Positions 35,356 to 44,616 of a DNA stretch of 54,464 nt are shown piece after piece (the first letter of the stretch is position 1; the number at the start of each line of letters is the position of its first letter). The translations under genes and the position numbers were made by a program. The stretch covers positions 1-54,464 of the forward strand of contig LBYF01000003.1 of NCBI GenBank assembly GCA_000996025.1. Direction: 5' to 3'. The notes beneath the pieces are model-generated. The model was given only the letters and a program-made list of their open reading frames with translations, made no database searches and was not told the origin of the DNA. The stretch is from Parcubacteria group bacterium GW2011_GWA2_40_14. Lineage in GTDB: Bacteria; Patescibacteriota; Minisyncoccia; Phycocordibacterales; DATDWN01.

Positions 35356-35385
35356 AAACGGGAGGATAGAGATATCTTCCCGTTT
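35356..35385 (+). terminator. 13-bp hairpin 8 nt after the peptide stop (terminator/attenuator candidate)
   Basis: AAACGGGAGGATA-GAGA-TATCTTCCCGTTT, followed by CAAATTTATTT (interrupted T tract). Confidence 0.55.
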
Positions 35386-35406
35386 CAAATTTATTTAAAA
35401 TTTTAT

Positions 35407-37401
35407 ATGGAAAAACTTAAAAAAGACAAGTATGCTTTTTTTGAAAAAAATACGGAGAGAACCGAAAAATGGATACTGTCAGAACAGTCCAAAACAACGG
35501 ATTATTTCAAAAATAACTCATATAAGAAAAGACTTTTCAAGCGGTTGGAAAAGATAAAAGACATTGATGAAAAGTTTCTCCCAGTCATACGAGGAGAAAT
35601 GTATTTTTTCCGTTGGAGAAAAAAGGGTGAACAGGTCTCTTCTTTGTATATGCAGAAAAATGCCAAATCAAAACAGGAAAAAATACTGGATTGTAACGCT
35701 ATGTTTAAAAAACACGGTTTGGTCGTAACTGACTGGACTGTTTCTAAAACGGGTAAGCTTCTTTCATATTCTGTTTCTAAATCAGGAAATGACAAATCAT
35801 CAATCCATGTCATAGATATTCAAAAAAGAAAAAATTTAACTGACTTTATTCCGGAAGAGATATATCCTGAATTCGAATGTTGGATGCCGGATGAGAGCGG
35901 TTTTTATTATAGCAGAAATAATCCCGGTACATCAAAAGAAGATGTAAAAATGCAAAATAAAATCTATTTTCACAGGATTGGCCACGGTTTTGCAAACGAC
36001 AGATACTTCTTCGGTAGAGACCTGAGCAAAACAGACAGAGTGCAAATGAAAATATCGGATGATGGGAATTATTTTCTTGTTACCGTTTTTGATTTTGCAC
36101 ATGAAAAAGAAAATGCAGAGATATACTTGGGAATTAGCTCCAACAAAAAGATAATCAGAATTCTCGGTAAAGAAAATTGCTTGCGATACCCGGTCTTGCA
36201 TAGAAACTGCGTCTATATCTTAAGTAATAAAGACACTCCTCACTGGAAAATTGAAAAGGCTTCCGTAAAAAATTTATTGGAAGGAAAGAAGAATTGGCGG
36301 GTTATAATCAAAGAAAATAAAAACCGAGTGATAGAATCTTTCAGTTTTATACAAGATAAAATGTTTTTAATCACACTGGAAAATGTTTCCTCTCATATCG
36401 GCGAATACACTCTATCTGGAAAATATAAGAGAAATATCAAACTGCCAGCTATAGGCACAGTATCCAAAATATATTGCCAAAAAGAAGGCAATGAGTTATT
36501 TTTCGCTTTTTCCTCTTTTGTTTTTCCAAAAGTCATATACAATCTTTCATTAAAAAATGATAAATTATCCGTTTTCTTTCAAAGAAAAATTTCAAATTCT
36601 TTAGAAAATACGACGGTAAGACAACATTTCTTCAAATCAAAAGACGGGGTTAAAGTTCCTATGTTTTTAATTCATAAAAAAACAATAAAAAAAGACGGCA
36701 ACAATCCCCTGCTTTGCTACGGCTATGGCGGTTTTGGTACGTCGTTAACGCCGTCTTTTGACCCGGGTATTATTCCTTTTCTGGAGGATGGCGGGATATA
36801 CGCGGAGATAAACATTCGAGGAGGAGGCGAATTCGGCGAAAAGTGGCACGAAGCCGGAAAATTATTCAATAAACAAAATTCTTTTGATGATTTTATATCC
36901 GGAATTAAATATCTTTACAAAAATAAATACAGTCGGCCTGAAAAAACCGCCATATTCGGTTGGAGCAACGGAGGACTGCTGGTTGGAGCAGTCGTAACTC
37001 AAGAGCCGGAAATATGCAAAGTGGCTGTTATCGGCGCTCCAGTTTTAGATATGGAAAAGTATTACTTATTTGACGGCGGCCGGTATTGGATACACGAATA
37101 CGGAAACCCTAAAAATAAAAGATATTTGGAAAATCTCCTTTCATATAGTCCGTATCACAATATACAAAAAGAAACAAGCTATCCTTCAATGCTTATCTTG
37201 AGCGCCAGAGAAGATGACAGGGTTCATCCAATGCATGCGTATAAATTTGTGGCTAAAATGAGAGATATTGCAAGACTGAAAAATCCTCTGCTGTTGCGAT
37301 TGGAAGAAAAAGCCGGTCATAGCGGAGCAAACGGCATGAATAAATCAAATGAACAACAAGCGGACATATTGTCTTTTATATACAAAGAATTGAGAACTTA
37401 A
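35407..37401 (+). CDS. Prolyl oligopeptidase (S9A family)
   Basis: N-terminal KYAFFEKNTERTEKWILSEQSKTTDYF (PYRWLED-type region), beta-propeller, catalytic GWSNGG, D and H (AGHSG). Start MEKLKKD at 35407 rather than 35269. Confidence 0.9.
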   Translation: MEKLKKDKYAFFEKNTERTEKWILSEQSKTTDYFKNNSYKKRLFKRLEKIKDIDEKFLPVIRGEMYFFRWRKKGEQVSSLYMQKNAKSKQEKILDCNAMFKKHGLVVTDWTVSKTGKLLSYSVSKSGNDKSSIHVIDIQKRKNLTDFIPEEIYPEFECWMPDESGFYYSRNNPGTSKEDVKMQNKIYFHRIGHGFANDRYFFGRDLSKTDRVQMKISDDGNYFLVTVFDFAHEKENAEIYLGISSNKKIIRILGKENCLRYPVLHRNCVYILSNKDTPHWKIEKASVKNLLEGKKNWRVIIKENKNRVIESFSFIQDKMFLITLENVSSHIGEYTLSGKYKRNIKLPAIGTVSKIYCQKEGNELFFAFSSFVFPKVIYNLSLKNDKLSVFFQRKISNSLENTTVRQHFFKSKDGVKVPMFLIHKKTIKKDGNNPLLCYGYGGFGTSLTPSFDPGIIPFLEDGGIYAEINIRGGGEFGEKWHEAGKLFNKQNSFDDFISGIKYLYKNKYSRPEKTAIFGWSNGGLLVGAVVTQEPEICKVAVIGAPVLDMEKYYLFDGGRYWIHEYGNPKNKRYLENLLSYSPYHNIQKETSYPSMLILSAREDDRVHPMHAYKFVAKMRDIARLKNPLLLRLEEKAGHSGANGMNKSNEQQADILSFIYKELRT

Positions 37402-37414
37402 CATTATCAGAAAT

Positions 37415-37445
37415 CCCTCACCAGTCTTTGTAAAACTGGTGAGGG
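37415..37445. terminator. Bidirectional terminator
   Basis: Perfect 11-bp stem CCCTCACCAGT/ACTGGTGAGGG between convergent genes. Confidence 0.8.
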
Positions 37446-37446
37446 G

Positions 37447-38022
37447 TTATATTTTCCTCTCCTTTCTTTTTGGAAAAAACAGAAACCAGAGAAGAACTCC
37501 GTCTAAGACAAAGAGCCAGACCGGATATACAATTTCACCAAATGTCATTTGCCGGATAGCAAAGAGATTGATGAAATTTCCGGTTTGAGTCAGCGTCCAG
37601 GCGAATTTGTCTTCTTCCTTTGGATGTTTTCTGGTTTTTTGGATCGTTGGCCACAGAGCAAAGGTGTCAGTGGTCAACGCGGCAATAAGCGCCACATCTG
37701 GCCGTTTGAAAACCCAGAGAACAATCAAACTGACAACAGAACCCAAGATACAGAAATTTTCACCAACTTCTTTTTGCTTTTTTCCATATCTTATTGAAAG
37801 CAAAGCGATGGTAATGATACCAATCACTTCGCTTCTGGCAACCCACAAGGTTTCCTTGGCTCCAGCGGCCTCTGCGCTAAAGTAGAGCGTTACTGCCAGC
37901 GGAGACCAAATCCACCATGTGGTCCGACTTGGTTTGGTTTCTCCCCTAAATATGGATAGGATGTAAAATCCATATCCAAGAAGAGAAAATATACCGGCAA
38001 CTTTCCCAAAAATTTCTTGCAA
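37447..38022 (-). CDS. Integral membrane protein, unknown function
   Basis: About 6 hydrophobic segments. TTG start preceded by AAGGAGG. Confidence 0.6.
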   Translation of the reverse strand: MQEIFGKVAGIFSLLGYGFYILSIFRGETKPSRTTWWIWSPLAVTLYFSAEAAGAKETLWVARSEVIGIITIALLSIRYGKKQKEVGENFCILGSVVSLIVLWVFKRPDVALIAALTTDTFALWPTIQKTRKHPKEEDKFAWTLTQTGNFINLFAIRQMTFGEIVYPVWLFVLDGVLLWFLFFPKRKERKI

Positions 38023-38098
38023 AAAGCACCTCCTTTTCTAGTTTCAATTATAGCATATTTAATAGTGATTTGTCAAATATACGTAAGGTAGTATCTTT

Positions 38099-39283
38099 TT
38101 AAAAATACTTTTTGAGGAAACTCTTGACCTCTTCAAGTTTCATGGAATCAGCATATTCGCTTGGAAATATATCTAAATTATCTTCTTGGCGAAGTTCAGA
38201 CCATTGATTACTGAATATTTTCTCTATCCCTTTCATTAAGGAGAGTCCTAGATTTGGATATATATCTTCTATACTATGTGCTAAATAGTAAATGATATTA
38301 CGTTGATAAGTGCTCTGATCCTCCTTGCGTTCTTGATAATTTGAAAAACTATATTTTGGATAACAAGCGTCCAGAATAACTTTTGAGATATCCCATAAAG
38401 GCATCAATAGCTTTATAGAACCAAATTTACGCACAGGGAATGCAAGAGGTTTTTGTCCATTCATTAATGAAAATAGCAGGTCTGACAATAGGTCCTCACG
38501 ATTAAAACCAAGTATATATTCGTTTGTGTGATATTCTTGGCAAAGTTTTCGTGCAACAATGGAAATGAGATAGGTACCAAAGAAATGGCTCGTGTTATTA
38601 CCGAACTTCTCAGAGTATTCCTTATAAAAGTTACTGAGAGACTCCTTCATTTCTAATAGTTTTTCAATTTCCTCATTTCTATAAACATGATGAGTAAGAC
38701 CATGAGTAAGACAGAGTTCAGAAGCTCTATCTGCTGCAAATGTAGGCCAGATTGGTTCAAAAATAATGGTAAAGAAAATAAAGCGTTTGTTGGAATTCTC
38801 TAAGGTTAGCGCTTTAAGTCCTTGCGCAAGGGTATTACTGTCTCCACCGCCAGAAATTCCTACGATTACAGTATTAAAGGAACTATTTTTCTTAACAAAG
38901 TCAACAACTTTTCCCTTCACCAATTCTTTTGCAGAATCTGGATTTAATTCATGAATAGTTTGACTACAACCATCATCTCCAAAGTTAAATTCTGGAATGG
39001 TGATTACAGGATTTTCGACTTTATTATAGAATGTTTTCTGTGGTAGTACATCCTTTAAATCTATATTCCTAATACAATGAAGCATTATCTTTTCTTCAAA
39101 AGGAATAACAAAAATCAGTGTGTTGAGTGGAATTGGGCGTACTTCTTCTCCCATTTTTGCGTATCCTTGGAAAAGATTTGATGGAATACGTTTCGTTCGC
39201 AAGACTTCTTCTAAAGTAAGGGAATCATCTGTCTTTACCGCAATCTCTTCAGAAGCAGTTTTGATAGTGATGTCTCTTAACAT
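38099..39283 (-). CDS. TilS/TtcA-like PP-loop ATPase with a ~130-aa N-terminal extension
   Basis: VIVGISGGGDSNTLAQGL (PP-loop) and LGFNREDLLSDLLFSLMNG (TilS-like block). The N-terminal domain is unassigned. Confidence 0.65.
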   Translation of the reverse strand: MLRDITIKTASEEIAVKTDDSLTLEEVLRTKRIPSNLFQGYAKMGEEVRPIPLNTLIFVIPFEEKIMLHCIRNIDLKDVLPQKTFYNKVENPVITIPEFNFGDDGCSQTIHELNPDSAKELVKGKVVDFVKKNSSFNTVIVGISGGGDSNTLAQGLKALTLENSNKRFIFFTIIFEPIWPTFAADRASELCLTHGLTHHVYRNEEIEKLLEMKESLSNFYKEYSEKFGNNTSHFFGTYLISIVARKLCQEYHTNEYILGFNREDLLSDLLFSLMNGQKPLAFPVRKFGSIKLLMPLWDISKVILDACYPKYSFSNYQERKEDQSTYQRNIIYYLAHSIEDIYPNLGLSLMKGIEKIFSNQWSELRQEDNLDIFPSEYADSMKLEEVKSFLKKYF

Positions 39284-39289
39284 AAATAA

Positions 39290-39457
39290 TTAGTTGAATG
39301 CTGCGAGAGAAGACGTACACAAAATGTGTTCTATTTTCGCATTAGTGAGTCGGTCTAATCCTTTATCAATGAGAGATGCGAAAAGACCAGATTTAGAGAT
39401 AGTTAAAACTTTAGACTTTTCTATATTTATAATAGGTAATGTTGTAATATTTTGCAT
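39290..39457 (-). CDS. Small ORF (55 aa; the ORF is open to 39553)
   Basis: MQNITTLPIINIEKSKVLTISKSGLFASLIDKGLDRLTNAKIEHILCTSSLAAFN. Stops 6 nt before the PP-loop gene ATG. No clear SD. Confidence 0.35.
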   Translation of the reverse strand: MQNITTLPIINIEKSKVLTISKSGLFASLIDKGLDRLTNAKIEHILCTSSLAAFN

Positions 39458-39633
39458 GTTATATGTTCTTGCCCAGTTTTTATTAATAATTCTCCACAAA
39501 CGGATGTAGTGCGAGAATGAGCTTATCATGGCAAATATAAATATCTTTGTCAAATCTTTTTATATATAAAAAATGGGGCTATGGACACTGCCCACGACCC
39601 CATTCAAGTATTTGTCACCAAAGATTAGATGAC

Positions 39634-40749
39634 TTACATGTATCCTCGCTCTCCCTTGTTCAGTTTTGGATAGAGGCGTTGCATCCATTCATTGACCATT
39701 GGACGCTGAAGCGATCCTTCCGGCGAACGAAAGACTAGTGTCGCTACAACGTTTTTTTGGTCAGGACGAATACCAAGATTCTCTCTTGCCTTAATCGGTA
39801 ACTGCTCGTAAGAAATCTCGGAGTATTGAATCTCCTCAATGTAGACGGCTTCTAATCCAAGCTCATCACGTATCTCCTCACAGACATCCTCTTCAGTTTT
39901 GTCCATAGAGGTAGAGTACGAGAGTACCCTCTTTGTAGCAGGCTGGTCAGATACCTTCATGAACTTATCAAGATTTGTCATCTGACGTTTTATTCGTGGG
40001 TCACTTGACCTCAAAATACGAATATCGTCAATTTCTTTAGTGATCATGACGAGCCGATCAAGTCCCATTCCCAGAGCAAGTCCGGAGTATTCTTGCGGGT
40101 CAAGACCGGCATTCTTGAGAACTGTCGGGTTAGCCTCTCCACATTCAAGAACTTCAAGCCACTTTCCATTCACTAGAACCTCAACCTCAAGACCATTAAT
40201 CGTGTACGGATGCTTCATCTCATTGGCTCGATACTTGTATCCGGGAATGACACTGTTCAATATCGTTTCAATTAGATGAATGAGGTCTAGGCGACCAAAA
40301 TGAGGATTTCCATGTTTGATTCGCCAGACGTCCATCTGATTTGGTTCACCACAGTGAATTTTGTCAACAACATCACGACGGTAACACATACCCGGCAAAA
40401 CAACGATTGTATCGTTGACACCGTCACGAGATGCTTTCCTAAGCCAGTTTGGGATGGCTGCTGAAGTATGGGTTCGTAAAATGATGTCCTCTGTGACATA
40501 CCTTGTATAGCGAGACGACCGCCCAGCATTGTCCACCGGGAAAAGAAGGTCATCGAAGTTTTCTTTCACAGACACTTCCGGATTTGAGCGAACTTCTTCA
40601 ATAATCGTCTCAGCATAGGATGTTTCCATAGCCTGCTTTATATTAGAGACGACAATATTGACGGCGTGAATTCCATTCTTCGGATCGGTTAAGTCTGGAA
40701 TGACTAACGAAGCTTCCAAACGTTCTGGTGACATGATTTCTTTTTTCAT
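39634..40749 (-). CDS. Stand-alone PheRS-alpha-like class II ligase with a C-terminal ferredoxin-fold (FDX-ACB-like) domain
   Basis: ILRTHTSAAIPNWL, VLPGMCYRRDVVDKIH and GLALGMGLDRLVMI match class IIc motifs 1-3 of PheS. No PheS N-terminal coiled coil. The C-terminal ~95 aa resemble the B3/4-B8-type anticodon-binding fold. GGAG SD. Confidence 0.7.
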   Translation of the reverse strand: MKKEIMSPERLEASLVIPDLTDPKNGIHAVNIVVSNIKQAMETSYAETIIEEVRSNPEVSVKENFDDLLFPVDNAGRSSRYTRYVTEDIILRTHTSAAIPNWLRKASRDGVNDTIVVLPGMCYRRDVVDKIHCGEPNQMDVWRIKHGNPHFGRLDLIHLIETILNSVIPGYKYRANEMKHPYTINGLEVEVLVNGKWLEVLECGEANPTVLKNAGLDPQEYSGLALGMGLDRLVMITKEIDDIRILRSSDPRIKRQMTNLDKFMKVSDQPATKRVLSYSTSMDKTEEDVCEEIRDELGLEAVYIEEIQYSEISYEQLPIKARENLGIRPDQKNVVATLVFRSPEGSLQRPMVNEWMQRLYPKLNKGERGYM

Positions 40750-40923
40750 GAGTGTATCTCCTTTCTATATCTTTGTCATGTAATTAATAACACGACTTAG
40801 TTTGGTTAGAACTAATCTGTCATTTATAATATAGAGATGACTTTTATTGTCAATGATTCTATAGGTTTGTAATATGGGGAAAAGATTATATTTTATGAAT
40901 GCTTTGTGAGTTATAATTGTTTT

Positions 40924-42261
40924 ATGTTTAGGAATACTGAAAGAGGTTATATCGGGTTTGTCATACTAGCCATAGTAGCAGTAGCTCTCGGAGCAGTTTC
41001 GCTCTTTTTTTATGAACAGAAAAAACCAACTCCGTCGCCGACAGAACAGTTAGAAAAAATTGTTATGGAAGATGCCAGAGCAAATCAGCTGGCTAATGTT
41101 GTAGAAGCCACCACAACCATAGTAATAGCCACAACAACTGAAATAAAAACCGAGCAACTTGTTCCAGTTCCTGTTTCAAAGAAAATTGTATCTTACGCAG
41201 ATACTCCTCCTAAACCGACTGCAAAACCGACCATTCAAGCGGAACCGTCAGTAGTCATTCCTCCATCTCCACCGAAAGAGCCGACACTTATAGTGGAAAC
41301 TGGAGAACAGCCGAAACAAACTTTGCTTATCGGCTCTGCCCGTCTTGTGCCATTTACTGTTGTTAATCTGACGGCAAAAGAGACGGATATTGAAATTGAA
41401 AGTCTGGAGGTGGAAAGAAAAGGAATGGGCTCTGACCGCATTTTTGTGGAGGTTGGGGTTATAGACCATGGCTTGGAGAAAAAACTAAACGCAAACCATC
41501 AATACGTTATGAGAAAACCGTTCACCATTAAAGCCGGCGAGACGGAGGAAATAACTTTGTACGGCAATATAACAGACAAAAGCACTCTTGCCACATACGA
41601 AGGACAAAGCCCTTCTCTGGCTTTAATTAAAATAAATATAAACGCCAAAACACCGGCAAAAATCTCCGGAGTCCTTCCTATAGTCGGCACGGCTCATATC
41701 GTGAACTCATCTTTAACCATTGGCTCTATGACATTGTCCAGTAGCGGTTTTGACCCCGGCATAAATAAAAACATTTACATCAACGACACCGGCATCATAT
41801 TTTCGGCGGTCAGAGGTCTTGTCGGCGGGTCGGAAGTGATTAACCTCCAATTTTTCGGCTGGACTCAAAATGGTTCGGCTTCTTACCTCAACATCTCAAA
41901 TGTTCAAATATGTGTTTTTTATAAAGCTGATACAAAATGTTTTCCAGCCGATGTGGATTCTGTCGGAAAATATTATTCGGCGGAATTTGGCGATATGAAA
42001 ATCGGCAAGGGCGAGTCTTTTGACCTCTACATCAAAGGCGATGTTCTGCCAAGCGGAGTAAATAGGACTGTCAATTTTGATATAACCACTTCTTATGACG
42101 TTTTGGGTCTTGGGCAAAGTTACAATAACTTTATATACAGCCAAGGGGGAGAGTTGGACGGCGCCCAGCCGGAGGGTTCTTTCTCCATCACGGAATACCC
42201 GTTTTATAACGGCTACGCTCACAGCATAGTCAGCGGTTCATTCAATAACATCGGAAGATAA
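40924..42261 (+). CDS. N-terminally anchored extracytoplasmic protein, unknown function
   Basis: TM helix (GFVILAIVAVALGAVSLFF), a Pro/Thr-rich linker, then a beta-rich domain. Confidence 0.6.
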   Translation: MFRNTERGYIGFVILAIVAVALGAVSLFFYEQKKPTPSPTEQLEKIVMEDARANQLANVVEATTTIVIATTTEIKTEQLVPVPVSKKIVSYADTPPKPTAKPTIQAEPSVVIPPSPPKEPTLIVETGEQPKQTLLIGSARLVPFTVVNLTAKETDIEIESLEVERKGMGSDRIFVEVGVIDHGLEKKLNANHQYVMRKPFTIKAGETEEITLYGNITDKSTLATYEGQSPSLALIKININAKTPAKISGVLPIVGTAHIVNSSLTIGSMTLSSSGFDPGINKNIYINDTGIIFSAVRGLVGGSEVINLQFFGWTQNGSASYLNISNVQICVFYKADTKCFPADVDSVGKYYSAEFGDMKIGKGESFDLYIKGDVLPSGVNRTVNFDITTSYDVLGLGQSYNNFIYSQGGELDGAQPEGSFSITEYPFYNGYAHSIVSGSFNNIGR

Positions 42262-42275
42262 ATATATAAAAAGAT

Positions 42276-42299
42276 AGACGCCACTTTTACATGGCGTCT
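42276..42299. terminator. Bidirectional hairpin terminator
   Basis: AGACGCCA/TGGCGTCT stem between convergent genes. Confidence 0.7.
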
Positions 42300-42325
42300 C
42301 TGAACAAAAACAGTCACCCCAAATG

Positions 42326-43189
42326 CTACTTGGAGGTTACATCTGGATAAGAACCGAGGCAATGCATGGGATGAAGAGAAATCCCAAGACTCCGAAATTC
42401 CTCCCAAGCCTCGTTTAAGGTTGGGTCCGTGACGTGTCCCCTAACCTCAATGACAAACGTGTACTCCCATTTTTTACCTAAAATGGGATTGGGGTAGACA
42501 AGCAGGACACTTATGCCCCTTTTTGCAAACACATCCAGTGTTTTGCACAAAACGCCGGACTGATCTTGAGTCAGGTTAACGAGAAAACAAGTCTTGTCTT
42601 TTCCCGTAGGGTCTGCGTGCTCTTTGCCGAGAATCCAGAAACGAGTCTCACTGTTCTTGTGGTCTGTCACTGAGTCTGGATAGACCAGTTTTAGATCATA
42701 GAGTTTGAGTGCTGCCTCTGAGGCAAGCGCGGCAACTCTTGGGTCATTGTGAGCTTCGGCTGCCGCTTCACCAGTTGAATTGGAATTCTCAACCTTAACC
42801 CCTTTGCTACGTAACCCTGAGACAAACTTTTCACACTGTTGAACTCCGGCAGTATGAGAGAGAAGGCGTTCTGGTGAAGTCCCTACGCCATCCCTCGACA
42901 TACAGAAAAATCGGATAGGAACAGTAACTTCACCCCAGATTTTGACACCAAGGTGCGCATCATGAACCTCAATCGCTCGGATTGTTTCTGCAACAACTCC
43001 AACAATAACATTCTCAATAGCCACAACCCCATATGCTACTTCCTTTGTACCTACTGCATAGCAAATGTCGTTATGAGTCTTGTATGGAACAGAGACTACG
43101 TTTTCGGGACGACCTTGAAAAAAGTTCTGGAGCGCCTGGTGGCCAAAAGTTGCACCATCAGGCCCGAGATATCCAACTTTGGTACTCAT
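42326..43189 (-). CDS. pheA: Prephenate dehydratase with ACT domain
   Basis: VGYLGPDGATFGHQA, SHTAGVQQC and an ACT-like C-terminus. ATG 43189 overlaps the tyrS TGA (ATGA). Confidence 0.85.
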   Translation of the reverse strand: MSTKVGYLGPDGATFGHQALQNFFQGRPENVVSVPYKTHNDICYAVGTKEVAYGVVAIENVIVGVVAETIRAIEVHDAHLGVKIWGEVTVPIRFFCMSRDGVGTSPERLLSHTAGVQQCEKFVSGLRSKGVKVENSNSTGEAAAEAHNDPRVAALASEAALKLYDLKLVYPDSVTDHKNSETRFWILGKEHADPTGKDKTCFLVNLTQDQSGVLCKTLDVFAKRGISVLLVYPNPILGKKWEYTFVIEVRGHVTDPTLNEAWEEFRSLGISLHPMHCLGSYPDVTSK

Positions 43190-44439
43190 GGCTCTGCTCC
43201 TTCCCAACTAGCAAGGACTCTGATACGTTTTTTCTTTCCGGCACTTAGGAGCAGTTCGTTTTTCCTGAACATTTCTTCGGTAATGAGAGTCTTGCCCGAA
43301 ATTACCTTCTGACCTTGGACATAGGCACCTCCCTGCTCAGCCAGTCTATGAGCTTCGGACTTAGTTGACACTAAACCCGTCTCAACAAACAAGTCGGCCA
43401 AAGTTATGCCTTTAACAAATTTCTCTCGAGCAATGCTAGCTGTAGGCATAGACGCCATACCTTCAGATGTTTCACCAAACGCCGCTCGAGAAGCGTCCTT
43501 AGCTTTATTCGCCTCCTCCTCGCCGTGAGCAAGGAAGGTTACTTCAAAAGCTAGAACCTCTTTTGCCTTTCGGAGATCTGCTCCCTCGAGCTTTCCTAGC
43601 TCGTTCACCTCTTCGAGCGGTAGGAAAGTGAAAAACTTCAGAAAACTGACAACATCCCTGTCATCAGTATTTATCCAGTACTGGTAAAACTCGTACGGAG
43701 AAGTTTTCTCTCCATCCAGCCAGATAGTTCCCGACTCCGTCTTTCCCATCTTTCCACCTGTAGCCGTGGTAAGGAGTGGAAAGGTCAAAGCGTGGACGCT
43801 ATGGCCAGTTACCTTACGGACAAGGTCGTTGCCCGCAAGAATGTTTCCCCATTGGTCGTCCCCACCCATTTGGATTGTGCAGTTATACTTCTGGAACAAG
43901 ACCAAAAAATCATACGCCTGCAAGATCTGGTAGTTAAACTCTATGAAGGAAAGACCTTCCTGTCGTTCGAGACGGAGTTTGTATGCCTCCGAACGAATCA
44001 TCTCGTTTACCTTGAAGTGTCGTCCGATATCACGGAGGAAATCAATGTAATTGAGATTGAGAAGCCAATCGGCATTGTTCAGAAACAATCCTTGTTTTCC
44101 ATCCAGAACAGCGTACCGTTTCAGTTGGGTAAGAATTTTTTCTCCGTTTGCGCTGATTTCTTCCAACGTCATCATCCGACGTAGTTCGGTCTTTCCACTT
44201 GGATCACCGATCATGGTTGTTCCGCCACCGATAATGGCTATCGGAAAATGGCCATGCCGTTGAAGCTGGGCAATTGCCATTATCGGCACTAAACTTCCAA
44301 CATGTAGACTATCAGCTGTTGGGTCAAAGCCAACATAAAAAACTTGGCCTTTTTCTGACAGAACTTTTTCAAGTGCCTTTTCATCAGTACTTTGCTTCAC
44401 AAATCCGCGTTTTTTGAGTGTGTCTAGGATGTCGTTCAT
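43186..44439 (-). CDS. tyrS: Tyrosyl-tRNA synthetase
   Basis: FYVGFDPTADSLHVGS (HIGH region), KMGKTESG (KMSKS region) and a C-terminal S4-like domain. Confidence 0.92.
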   Translation of the reverse strand: MNDILDTLKKRGFVKQSTDEKALEKVLSEKGQVFYVGFDPTADSLHVGSLVPIMAIAQLQRHGHFPIAIIGGGTTMIGDPSGKTELRRMMTLEEISANGEKILTQLKRYAVLDGKQGLFLNNADWLLNLNYIDFLRDIGRHFKVNEMIRSEAYKLRLERQEGLSFIEFNYQILQAYDFLVLFQKYNCTIQMGGDDQWGNILAGNDLVRKVTGHSVHALTFPLLTTATGGKMGKTESGTIWLDGEKTSPYEFYQYWINTDDRDVVSFLKFFTFLPLEEVNELGKLEGADLRKAKEVLAFEVTFLAHGEEEANKAKDASRAAFGETSEGMASMPTASIAREKFVKGITLADLFVETGLVSTKSEAHRLAEQGGAYVQGQKVISGKTLITEEMFRKNELLLSAGKKKRIRVLASWEGAEP

Positions 44440-44616
44440 ATATTCTCCTGTGGTTTTGTTTAGAGTTTAGAGGTTTCAATGTACTTTTGCATATATAAGT
44501 TATGCAAGTTGCTATCTAACTCCAAACTATTACAAATACGTACTATTGTCAATCCAAAATGAGCTGATTGTACAAACTCAATCTATCTTAGATACTAGAA
44601 TAATAGCTGGAGATTG

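Noticed and set aside
35269-35406. 46-codon N-terminal extension of the prolyl oligopeptidase ORF (GTG at 35269)
   Set aside because: The extension has no similarity to S9A N-termini, which begin at MEKLKKDKYAFFEKN... It crosses a 13-bp hairpin and overlaps, in another frame, a short ORF with a far better SD.
44440-44616. Possible T-box upstream of tyrS
   Set aside because: The spacer is only 177 nt and AT-rich, with no T-box core. It shows just a plausible promoter (TTGACA-17-TAGTTT), a 7-bp hairpin and a GGAG SD.
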